The position numbers and the translations under genes are program-made. Of a DNA stretch of 63,172 nt, positions 47,515 to 55,143 are shown piece by piece. Source of the DNA: Bryobacterales bacterium (GTDB lineage Bacteria; Acidobacteriota; Terriglobia; Bryobacterales; JACQDG01). The notes beneath the pieces were generated by a model. That model did no database searches, was not told the DNA's origin, and saw only the letters and a program-made list of their open reading frames with translations. The first letter of the stretch is position 1. Each line of letters opens with the position of its first letter. The stretch is from contig DASREK010000313.1 in NCBI GenBank assembly GCA_035652135.1, positions 1 through 63,172 of the forward strand, written 5' to 3'.

Positions 47515-48858
47515 ATGCGAGTTCTGGCGGCTGGTCTTCTTTTGACCTCATTGGCCGCGGCGGCTTCCACCCCGGCAGCGCCGACGTTCAGCAAGGATAT
47601 CGCCCCCATCTTGTACAAGCACTGCGCCGGGTGCCACCGTCCGGACGACATCGCACCTATGTCGCTGCTCGATTACAAGTCGGCGCGGCCGTGGGCGAAG
47701 GCCATTCGCGAGGCCGTGCTTACCCGCAAGATGCCTCCGTGGTTCGCCGACGCCCGCTACGGTAAATTTTCAAACGATGCGCGCTTGGCCCCCGAACAGA
47801 TCGAGGCCATCGAGCGGTGGGTGGACAGCGGAGCGCCCGAAGGCGACCCGAAGGACTTGCCGGCAACTCCTCTCTTCACCGAGGGCTGGAAGCTGGGCAA
47901 GCCCGACATTGTCGTCGATATTGGCGAAGACTACGTGGTGAAGCCCGGCAACGACAGCTATGAGCACTTCATCGTGCCGACCAATCTCCAGCAAGGCGTT
48001 TGGATCCGGGCGGCGGAAATCAGGCCGGGCAACCGCAAAGTGGTGCACCATGTCCATGTCAATCTGGTGCAGGATGAGAAGCAGGCGGGCCCCACCTCCA
48101 TCGAGTCGATGAAGTCGCTGAACGATTTTCTGATCCGCGAGGGCAAGCTGACCCGGGTGCGAGAAGATGCGCCGGTTGCTGACAATGGCTGCTCCGCCGA
48201 TGCCGCCAACTTGCCTTATATGCGCGGATTCCAGGAGGGCGCACTGGCGTCCTTTCTGCCCGGCCGCGCGCCGGATGTTTTCCCCGAAGGCTCGGCGAAA
48301 TGGGTTCCGGCGAACTCGAAATTCGAGTTTGTGATCCATTACGCCAAGATATCCCGCGATGCGCAGACCGACCGTACCAGTGTCGGGCTGTATCTGGCGC
48401 CGAAGCCGCCCGAACAGGCGCTGCGGCGGATGGATCTGCGAAATTTCTTTTTCCGCATCCCTCCGGGGGATCCCAGCCACGAAGTCACCCGCTGTTACAC
48501 CTTTGAAAGGGACAAGGTGTTGCTCTCCATCACACCGCACATGCACTACCGCGGTAAAGACGTCACCTACGATCTCACCCTTCCCAATGGGAAACATGAG
48601 ACTTTGCTCCTGGTGCCCCACTATAACTTCAACTGGCAACTCGTCTACCGCTTCCAGGAGCCGGTTTATGCGCCGAAGGGGAGCGTCCTTAAAGTGACGG
48701 CGCATTACGACAACAGCCCGAACAACCCATTTAACCCGGATCCCACCAAGGCAATCCGCTGGGGCGACAAAAGCGAGGAAGAAATGATGACAAGCTGGAT
48801 TGAATACGTGGATGGCTCCTCCTTGCGCCAGACCGCGGCATACGCGCCTGCGAAGTGA
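47515..48858 (+). CDS. Secreted heme-c (CxxCH) domain fused to a copper type II ascorbate-dependent monooxygenase-like (PHM/DBH-like) domain
   Basis: Signal peptide. FSKDIAPILYKHCAGCHRPDD resembles the PSCyt1 domain. It is followed by VVHHVHV, IHYAK, PHMHYRGKD and SEEEMMTSWIEY, which resemble the CuH/CuM ligand pattern. Confidence 0.6.
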   Translation: MRVLAAGLLLTSLAAAASTPAAPTFSKDIAPILYKHCAGCHRPDDIAPMSLLDYKSARPWAKAIREAVLTRKMPPWFADARYGKFSNDARLAPEQIEAIERWVDSGAPEGDPKDLPATPLFTEGWKLGKPDIVVDIGEDYVVKPGNDSYEHFIVPTNLQQGVWIRAAEIRPGNRKVVHHVHVNLVQDEKQAGPTSIESMKSLNDFLIREGKLTRVREDAPVADNGCSADAANLPYMRGFQEGALASFLPGRAPDVFPEGSAKWVPANSKFEFVIHYAKISRDAQTDRTSVGLYLAPKPPEQALRRMDLRNFFFRIPPGDPSHEVTRCYTFERDKVLLSITPHMHYRGKDVTYDLTLPNGKHETLLLVPHYNFNWQLVYRFQEPVYAPKGSVLKVTAHYDNSPNNPFNPDPTKAIRWGDKSEEEMMTSWIEYVDGSSLRQTAAYAPAK

Positions 48859-48956
48859 TTTCAGGCCTGCTTCATCCGTAAGTTCCGGGAGGGCGAGCAG
48901 GAAAACCGGCCGGGCAGGTTGTGTCGGTCCTTACAAGCCGCGAGGAAAGCGCCCCC

Positions 48957-48965
48957 TGGTATAAT
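48957..48965 (+). promoter_or_regulatory. Extended -10 promoter element TGGTATAAT upstream of nadA
   Basis: Exact TGnTATAAT match in an otherwise GC-rich spacer. No well-spaced -35: TTACAA lies 23 nt away. Confidence 0.45.
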
Positions 48966-49092
48966 AATTAGCTGCCCCTCCGAGTCCGGCGACCCTACCG
49001 TCACCCAAGATGACCATGGCTCCGGACCGACAGGGCGCGGCCGGAAACGGCCTCGCCTCCCGTGCCTGGAAAGGAGAAGGGTGGCGCCAGAG

Positions 49093-49125
49093 GCCTGCAC
49101 GTTCCGCACGGGTGCAGGCTTTTTT
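49093..49125 (+). terminator. Intrinsic terminator/attenuator hairpin 10 nt upstream of the nadA ATG
   Basis: GCCUGCAC-(11 nt loop)-GUGCAGGC followed by UUUUUUGUU. Confidence 0.65.
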
Positions 49126-49134
49126 GTTCGTTCC

Positions 49135-50190
49135 ATGTCCAGCGCGATCACATTCGACCTTTGGCATGAGCGCTTCTCGCGCTTCGCCGAGGACCTTTAT
49201 CCGGGAAGGTACTCCCGGGACTATGTGCGGACGCTGGTCGAGTTGGGACAGCAAGTGGAATGGCTTGCACGCCAGAAGCGCTCCACCATCGTCGCTCATA
49301 ATTACCAGTACCCGGAACTGCAAGAGGTGGCGGAGACAGTCGGCGATTCGCTCGGCCTGAGCCAGTATGTCGCGAAAAAGCAGTCGCCGAGAGTTGATTT
49401 CTGCGGGGTGCTGTTCATGGGGGAAACGGCGAAGACCATTCTGGGAGACCGCTCGAAGGTCTATATGCCGGACCGGCCCGGGTGCTCGCTGGTCGCCTCT
49501 ATCGACCAGCGCCGGCTCGATCACTGGCTGCAAGCCAATCCGGACGGGGTGATCATTTCTTATATCAACACCGACGCTGTGACCAAAGCGCGGAGCCATT
49601 ACGTCTGCACTTCGAGGAACGCGCCGCAAGTGCTCAGCCGGGCGGCCGCCGATAACCCCGGCCGCCGCATTCTGTTTCTGCCCGATAAATACTTGGGAGC
49701 CTTCGCCGCTTCACAAGCCCGGGTGGATCGCAGCCTGGTTGATCTCTATGACGGCTCCTGCCACGTGCACTCCAAAATCAGCGAGACGGCGCTGGAGGAA
49801 GCGATTGACCTGCATCCAGACGCGGAACTGCTGATCCATCCCGAATGCGGCTGCGCCTCTTCGTGCCTCGCCAGGACGGCGCAAGCCGGCCCGGCTTATG
49901 GCAAGAGCTATTATCTTTCTACAGAGCAAATGCTCTGGCACGCCAGGCAATCGCCCGCGCAGGAGTTTATCGTTGCCACGGAGATGGGCATGGTATACCG
50001 GCTGCGCAAAGACGTGCCCGAGAAGCGGTTTTATCCGGTATCGTATCAATCTTCCTGCGAGTATATGAAGATGAACACGCTCGAAAAGCTGCTGGAGTCC
50101 CTGCAATGCGACCGGGTGGAGATCGAGGTGGATCCCGAGATCCGCAGGCCGGCCAGAGCGGCGATCGAGCGTATGCTGGCGATTCAGTAG
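49135..50190 (+). CDS. nadA: Quinolinate synthase
   Basis: IVAHNYQYPELQEVAETVGDSLGLS, FMGETAKIL-like, IHPECGC. An alternative in-frame GTG start at 49081 is preceded by AAGGAG; ORF track start is 48919. Confidence 0.85.
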   Translation: MSSAITFDLWHERFSRFAEDLYPGRYSRDYVRTLVELGQQVEWLARQKRSTIVAHNYQYPELQEVAETVGDSLGLSQYVAKKQSPRVDFCGVLFMGETAKTILGDRSKVYMPDRPGCSLVASIDQRRLDHWLQANPDGVIISYINTDAVTKARSHYVCTSRNAPQVLSRAAADNPGRRILFLPDKYLGAFAASQARVDRSLVDLYDGSCHVHSKISETALEEAIDLHPDAELLIHPECGCASSCLARTAQAGPAYGKSYYLSTEQMLWHARQSPAQEFIVATEMGMVYRLRKDVPEKRFYPVSYQSSCEYMKMNTLEKLLESLQCDRVEIEVDPEIRRPARAAIERMLAIQ

Positions 50191-50205
50191 ACACGCGCTT
50201 CGGCG

Positions 50206-51219
50206 ATGCTGCTCGACACTTACCACCGGCCGGTGAAAGACCTGCGGATCAGCGTTACCGACCGCTGTAATTTCCGCTGCACGTACTGCATGCCGCTCGA
50301 CGAATACGAGTGGATCGAGCGGCGGGAAATTCTGAGTTACGAGGAAATCGCCCGGCTGGCGCGAATTTTCGCCGGCTTGGGCGTCGAGAAGATCCGCCTC
50401 ACCGGCGGGGAGCCCCTGGTTCGCAAGCATCTCGAGCAACTGGTGGAAAAGCTTGCCGGCTTGCCCGGGGTGAAGGACCTGTGCCTCACCACCAATGGCG
50501 CGCTGCTCGCCGAAAAGGCCGCGGCGCTCAAGGCCGCCGGACTCAAGCGGGTAAACGTGAGCATCGACACTCTGGACGCTGAGAAGTTCAGAAAAATCAC
50601 CCAGCGCGGGGATTTGAGCAGGGTGCTCGAAGGATTGTTCGCCGCCCGCGAGCACGGGCTGCGCCCGATCAAGATCAATGCGGTGATCGAGCGCGGCGTC
50701 AATGACGATGAGATTGTCGATTTGGCCGCGTTCTCGCGGAAAAACGGATTTGCCATTCGCTTCATCGAATTTATGGACGTGGGAAATACGAACAACTGGC
50801 GGTCGGAGCGGATGGTCTCCAAAAAGGAAATCATTGAAAAGATCCGCGCGCATTTCCCGCTGCGCGAGGCAGGCCGCTCCGACGGCAGCGCGCCGGCGGT
50901 GGACTACCAGTTTCTCGATGGCAGTGGGGATATTGGCGTGATCGCCTCGGTAACCGAGCCTTTCTGCTCCGGTTGCACCCGCGCCCGGCTGACAGCGGAT
51001 GGAAAGCTGGTGACATGCCTGTTCTCCTCCACCGGGCACGACTTGAAGAAATTGCTCAGAGGCGGCGCCAGCGACGCCGAGGTTCGCGATTGTATCTCCG
51101 CGGTCTGGCGCGGCAGAAACGACCGCTACTCCGACGAGCGGCTGGAGGCGATGCTCTCCGGCCAAGGCTATCAGCCCAAAGCGCACAGAAAAATCGAGAT
51201 GATCAGCTTGGGAGGCTAG
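50206..51219 (+). CDS. moaA: GTP 3',8-cyclase (molybdenum cofactor biosynthesis protein A)
   Basis: LRISVTDRCNFRCTYCMP (CxxxCxxC), LTGGEPL, and C-terminal FCSGCTRARLTADGKL. Confidence 0.9.
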   Translation: MLLDTYHRPVKDLRISVTDRCNFRCTYCMPLDEYEWIERREILSYEEIARLARIFAGLGVEKIRLTGGEPLVRKHLEQLVEKLAGLPGVKDLCLTTNGALLAEKAAALKAAGLKRVNVSIDTLDAEKFRKITQRGDLSRVLEGLFAAREHGLRPIKINAVIERGVNDDEIVDLAAFSRKNGFAIRFIEFMDVGNTNNWRSERMVSKKEIIEKIRAHFPLREAGRSDGSAPAVDYQFLDGSGDIGVIASVTEPFCSGCTRARLTADGKLVTCLFSSTGHDLKKLLRGGASDAEVRDCISAVWRGRNDRYSDERLEAMLSGQGYQPKAHRKIEMISLGG

Positions 51220-51246
51220 CGGTCCCGGCGGTCAGAGGTCAGCGGA

Positions 51247-51687
51247 ATGTCCAGACTTTTCACCTTGCAAGAGGCCCAGGCGCTGCTTCCTCAAGTGGAA
51301 CGGTGGCTGCGCAGCGCCATTGAAAACAGAAAAAGCGCGTTCCAAATGGATGAGCAATTGAACGCCCTGCTGATGCGCATCAATCTCCAGGGCGGCATAT
51401 TGCCGGACGTGAACCGGGCGGCGGAACTGAAAACGGGCAAGGAACAATCGCTCGACCGGCTGAAAAAAGCGCTTTCGGAAATCGAAGAAGCCGGCTGCCT
51501 GGTGAAAGATCTGGAGATAGGCTTGGTGGACTTTCCCACGTTACTAGACGGCGCCGAGGTGTATCTTTGCTGGAAACTTGGAGAATCCCAGATCGGCTTC
51601 TGGCATCATACGCACGAGGGATTCGCAGGCCGCAAGTCGATCGATCGCGAGTTCCGCGAACGCCACAAAGGCAGCAAGTCGCAATAG
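51247..51687 (+). CDS. DUF2203 family protein
   Basis: MSRLFTLQEAQALLPQVERWL...GCLVKDLEIGLVDFP...LCWKLGE, as I remember the DUF2203 consensus. Confidence 0.6.
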   Translation: MSRLFTLQEAQALLPQVERWLRSAIENRKSAFQMDEQLNALLMRINLQGGILPDVNRAAELKTGKEQSLDRLKKALSEIEEAGCLVKDLEIGLVDFPTLLDGAEVYLCWKLGESQIGFWHHTHEGFAGRKSIDREFRERHKGSKSQ

Positions 51688-51866
51688 CTCGGTTTGAACC
51701 CTGCTATCGAGTTCTTTACTTTTAGCTCGCCAGTCGCCGGCTGACAGCGCCGTACTTTGCGGCTTCAGCAAAGCGGGATGTTGCAGAGGCGGCCCGCCAA
51801 AAAGTTCAAAAAGCGCCTTTCGGCTTCTTCGTTCGCAGTGAACGCCGCTCGTTTTTGGATTAGCGT

Positions 51867-52691
51867 CTACGTCGGGGGCTGGAAGCTGGCCCATGCCAGC
51901 AAAAAACTCGCGCCAACGATCAGCACGGCAACCACGGCGGCGGCCTTCCAACACCACTCGATGGCGCGGTTGGGTCCCGGGACGCCGGCCACGTAGCCCA
52001 GCACGAATCCGGAAATCAGGCCGCCCACGTGGGCGGCGATATCGATCCCGGGAATCAGGCTGAAAAGGAGTCCATAAACGGCCCAGCGCGTATACACGCT
52101 TTTCATAGCCATGCCCAGCAGCGTGCTGCGATGACGCTGCGCAAAGGCGATCATGGCGCCAATCAGACCGAACAAAGCTGCCGATGCGCCAATGGAAAGA
52201 GCGCGTGACCAAAACGTACTGGCCGCAAAACCCGCTACGCTGGAAGCCAGGTAAAAGACAAGGAAGCGGGCCGTGCCGTAAGCTTCTTCGGTCTGCGCAC
52301 CCAGATCGTAGAGCGCCCAGGAATTCATCAGAATGTGCAGCAGTCCGCCATGCAGAAACCCGGCAGTGACCAGCCGCCACCACTGGCCTTGCGTAAGAAT
52401 AGAAAGGCTCTCTTTGGCTCCAAAATAATACAGAACCTCGCTGTTGACCGCCCACAGGCCCCCGCCGGACCTCTGCATGCTGAGGAGAACCGTTGCCGCG
52501 AAAAGAGCGCCGTTTATCAGCAGAATGATGATAGTGGTGAAGTGGGTGGGCGGCACCAGGCCCGCCAGCGCCGCGCCCGCAGTCACGCGCTGGGCATAGG
52601 TGCGGCCGAGGGGTTCGTGGCACTCCGTGCAGATGCGCTCCGAGCTGTCTACGAATGCCCGGCAATGAGGGCACATGCGGAGATTGGCCAT
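51867..52691 (-). CDS. Rhomboid family intramembrane serine protease with N-terminal zinc ribbon
   Basis: CPHCRAFVDSSERICTEC, HGGLLHILMN, GASAALFGLIG (catalytic Ser), AAHVGGLISG (catalytic His). Confidence 0.85.
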   Translation of the reverse strand: MANLRMCPHCRAFVDSSERICTECHEPLGRTYAQRVTAGAALAGLVPPTHFTTIIILLINGALFAATVLLSMQRSGGGLWAVNSEVLYYFGAKESLSILTQGQWWRLVTAGFLHGGLLHILMNSWALYDLGAQTEEAYGTARFLVFYLASSVAGFAASTFWSRALSIGASAALFGLIGAMIAFAQRHRSTLLGMAMKSVYTRWAVYGLLFSLIPGIDIAAHVGGLISGFVLGYVAGVPGPNRAIEWCWKAAAVVAVLIVGASFLLAWASFQPPT

Positions 52692-52978
52692 GGACTCTCA
52701 TTGTATCAGCGGGCCGCCGCGCGCCAGCCATTACAAACTAACGAGCAGGCCATGCAGAAGCGTGCCGAAATCGCCGCCGGACGCCGATTGGTCAGGCCCG
52801 TTGCCTTCCATCAAATGGCGGGAGAAAGAACAAGGCGGCACTGCGCTTTGGGCCTGCTCCGCCTTGTTTCATAACCGGTGAAAATCACTTAACGGCGACG
52901 TCAATTGACATTACTGTGCTGCCGTGAGCCGAGCGGGAAAATACAAAACGAATCTTGGTACGATAGGACTCTGTAGCT

Positions 52979-53950
52979 ATGGCGGCAAAAAGCCGGGGAC
53001 GAAAGGAGTCTACGCCCGCCCTGAAGCGCCGGGCATGGCTGGGCCGCGCCGGCTTAGCAGGGATTGCCGGGGCGGCCGGCCTCGCTTATGGAGCGGCGCC
53101 GCGCTTGTGGAATGAAATGGCTCGGGAAACGCTTCGTCCCGTAGAGCCGCCGCCCGAGCGCCCGCGGCCGTTTCAATGGCCTTCTACTGGAATTTGCGCC
53201 GCCTGGCTGGGGCACAGCACCGTTCTGTTGCGCATCGGAGGATGCACCATCCTGACCGATCCGATTTTCAGCGAACGTGCGGGGGTGAGCCTGGGTCCTA
53301 TTACACTGGGAATCAAGCGGCTCGTAGCGCCGGCGCTCTCTCTGGAGCAGCTACCCAAAATTGATCTGATCCTTCTCTCGCACGCGCACATGGACCACTT
53401 CGATCTCCCCTCGCTGGCGCGGCTGGGAAGCTTGCAAACCACCGTCATCACTGCGCCCAACACGAGCGATCTGCTTCGCGTGAAGCGGTACCGGCAGGTG
53501 CGCGAGCTCCGCTGGGGCGAGCGGTTCCGCGTAGGTCCGGTAGAGTGCCGCGCCATCGAAGTGAAACACTGGGGCGCTCGGATGCGCAGTGATACATATC
53601 GCGGCTACAACGGATATCTGATCGAAGCAGCGAATCGCAGGGTCCTCTTCGCGGGCGATACGGCGCACACCTCGGCCTTCCGGGCGCTGCGCGATTCCCG
53701 CCCCATTGATCTGGCCATTATGCCGATTGGCTCATACGAACCCTGGATCCGCAATCACTGCACTCCCGAGCAAGCCTGGCAAATGGGGAATGATGCGGGC
53801 GCCGAGTACTTTCTGCCCGTGCATCATCAGACATTCCGGCTGAGCCGCGAACCTCTGCGGGAGCCAATTGAACGCTTTTTTTCCGTCGCGGCGAATCAGA
53901 GCTACCGGATCCGGCTGGAAAAAATCGGCCAGGAATTCTGGCTGGCCTAG
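52979..53950 (+). CDS. MBL-fold metallo-hydrolase (NAPE-PLD/Lactamase_B_3-like)
   Basis: ILLSHAHMDHFD (HxHxDH). The N-terminus is Tat-like, KRRAWLGRAGLAGIAGAAG. Confidence 0.75.
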   Translation: MAAKSRGRKESTPALKRRAWLGRAGLAGIAGAAGLAYGAAPRLWNEMARETLRPVEPPPERPRPFQWPSTGICAAWLGHSTVLLRIGGCTILTDPIFSERAGVSLGPITLGIKRLVAPALSLEQLPKIDLILLSHAHMDHFDLPSLARLGSLQTTVITAPNTSDLLRVKRYRQVRELRWGERFRVGPVECRAIEVKHWGARMRSDTYRGYNGYLIEAANRRVLFAGDTAHTSAFRALRDSRPIDLAIMPIGSYEPWIRNHCTPEQAWQMGNDAGAEYFLPVHHQTFRLSREPLREPIERFFSVAANQSYRIRLEKIGQEFWLA

Positions 53951-54011
53951 GCGCAACCCTTTCGGCTCACAGTCACAGCCTGCCCTTACTTCCTGGCGCC
54001 GCCAATTCGCC

Positions 54012-55046
54012 TTACAGCTCGATAACGGCTTTGGCTACCCCTTCGGCGTAGGCGGCGGCGGTTTGGAACGCCTTATCGGCCTGAGAAAGAGGGAAGCGGT
54101 GGGTTATCAGCTTCGCCGCGTCGATCTTGCCTGATTCAATCAAGCGCAAGGCTGTGTGGTCGTTCCGGTTGGAGCGCTTCAATGCGAGCAGCGTGGCTTC
54201 GCGGTTCAGCGCCGCATACAGGTCGACCCGCGGCATCTCTTCGCTGGGTATACCGATCAGGACGACTCGGCCGCCGTGGCGCACAGCGTGCAGCGCGGGG
54301 TTCAGGGAATCCGGTTTGCCCGCCGCGTCAATGATCAGGTGCGCGCCCCGCCCACTTGTCAAATCGAGAATAGCTTCTGCGGCCGGCTGCCTGGCGACAT
54401 CGATCGCCGCGTCCGCGCCGAGCTCCTGGGCGAGCGCAAGGCGGCACGGGATGCGGTCTGCGGAAATTATGCGCCCCGCCCCAGCGATTCGGGCTACGGC
54501 GACGGCCAGAAGCCCGATCGGCCCGGCTCCCATCACGGCGACCGTGTCGCCCGGCTCGAGGCGAGTCAACTCCAGCGCGTGAAGAATCACTGCCAGAGGC
54601 TCGACCACAGTGGCGACCGGGTAGCTCATGCTCGACGGAATCTCTACCGCGTTTCTTGCGGGAATGCTGGCCCATTCACGCAAGAAGCCGGGCAACTGCA
54701 ACCCTCCCATGAAGACGACCTTCTCGCACAAGTTGTGCCGTCCTGCCCGGCAAAACTCGCACTCCCCGCACGTGATCGCCGGCTCGATAGCCACGCGGGT
54801 CCCCGGCCTGAGGCCCTGAACTCCCGGGCCCACCGCCGCGACCTCTCCCGCCGGTTCGTGCCCGAGAACGATGGGATAAGTGGCGGCGGATCCCGCGCAG
54901 CTTCCCTCCCGGTAGAAGTGCATGTCCGAACCGCAGATTCCCACAGCGCGCACGCGTACCGTCACCTCGCCCGGCCCCGGCTCGCGCGGCTCCGGCATCT
55001 CACGCAGCTCAACGCGTTCCCTCGCCACCAGTTGAACGGATTGCAT
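54012..55046 (-). CDS. Zinc-dependent medium-chain alcohol dehydrogenase (threonine/sorbitol dehydrogenase-like)
   Basis: CGSDMH, GHEPAGEV, CGECEFCRAGRHNLC, GAGPIGLL. Start chosen at MQSVQLV. Confidence 0.85.
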   Translation of the reverse strand: MQSVQLVARERVELREMPEPREPGPGEVTVRVRAVGICGSDMHFYREGSCAGSAATYPIVLGHEPAGEVAAVGPGVQGLRPGTRVAIEPAITCGECEFCRAGRHNLCEKVVFMGGLQLPGFLREWASIPARNAVEIPSSMSYPVATVVEPLAVILHALELTRLEPGDTVAVMGAGPIGLLAVAVARIAGAGRIISADRIPCRLALAQELGADAAIDVARQPAAEAILDLTSGRGAHLIIDAAGKPDSLNPALHAVRHGGRVVLIGIPSEEMPRVDLYAALNREATLLALKRSNRNDHTALRLIESGKIDAAKLITHRFPLSQADKAFQTAAAYAEGVAKAVIEL

Positions 55047-55143
55047 AAGCAGACATTCTATAATGTAGCTGGCAGCGTTCCAAAACATAGAACGGCAAGC
55101 TGCAATACTCCGATTTTCTGGCGAGGGGCCGCGCGCAATTGGA

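Noticed and set aside
48966-49092. Direct assignment of the nadA leader to the known nadA-motif (class I NAD+) riboswitch.
   Set aside because: I could not find the conserved ACANCCCC internal-loop sequence, or two clearly similar tandem domains, by eye. It is reported only as a candidate that needs a covariance-model search.
55059-55064. A TATAAT hexamer in the divergent spacer between the alcohol dehydrogenase gene and iorAB.
   Set aside because: There is no properly spaced -35 or TG extension, and a single hexamer is insufficient evidence.
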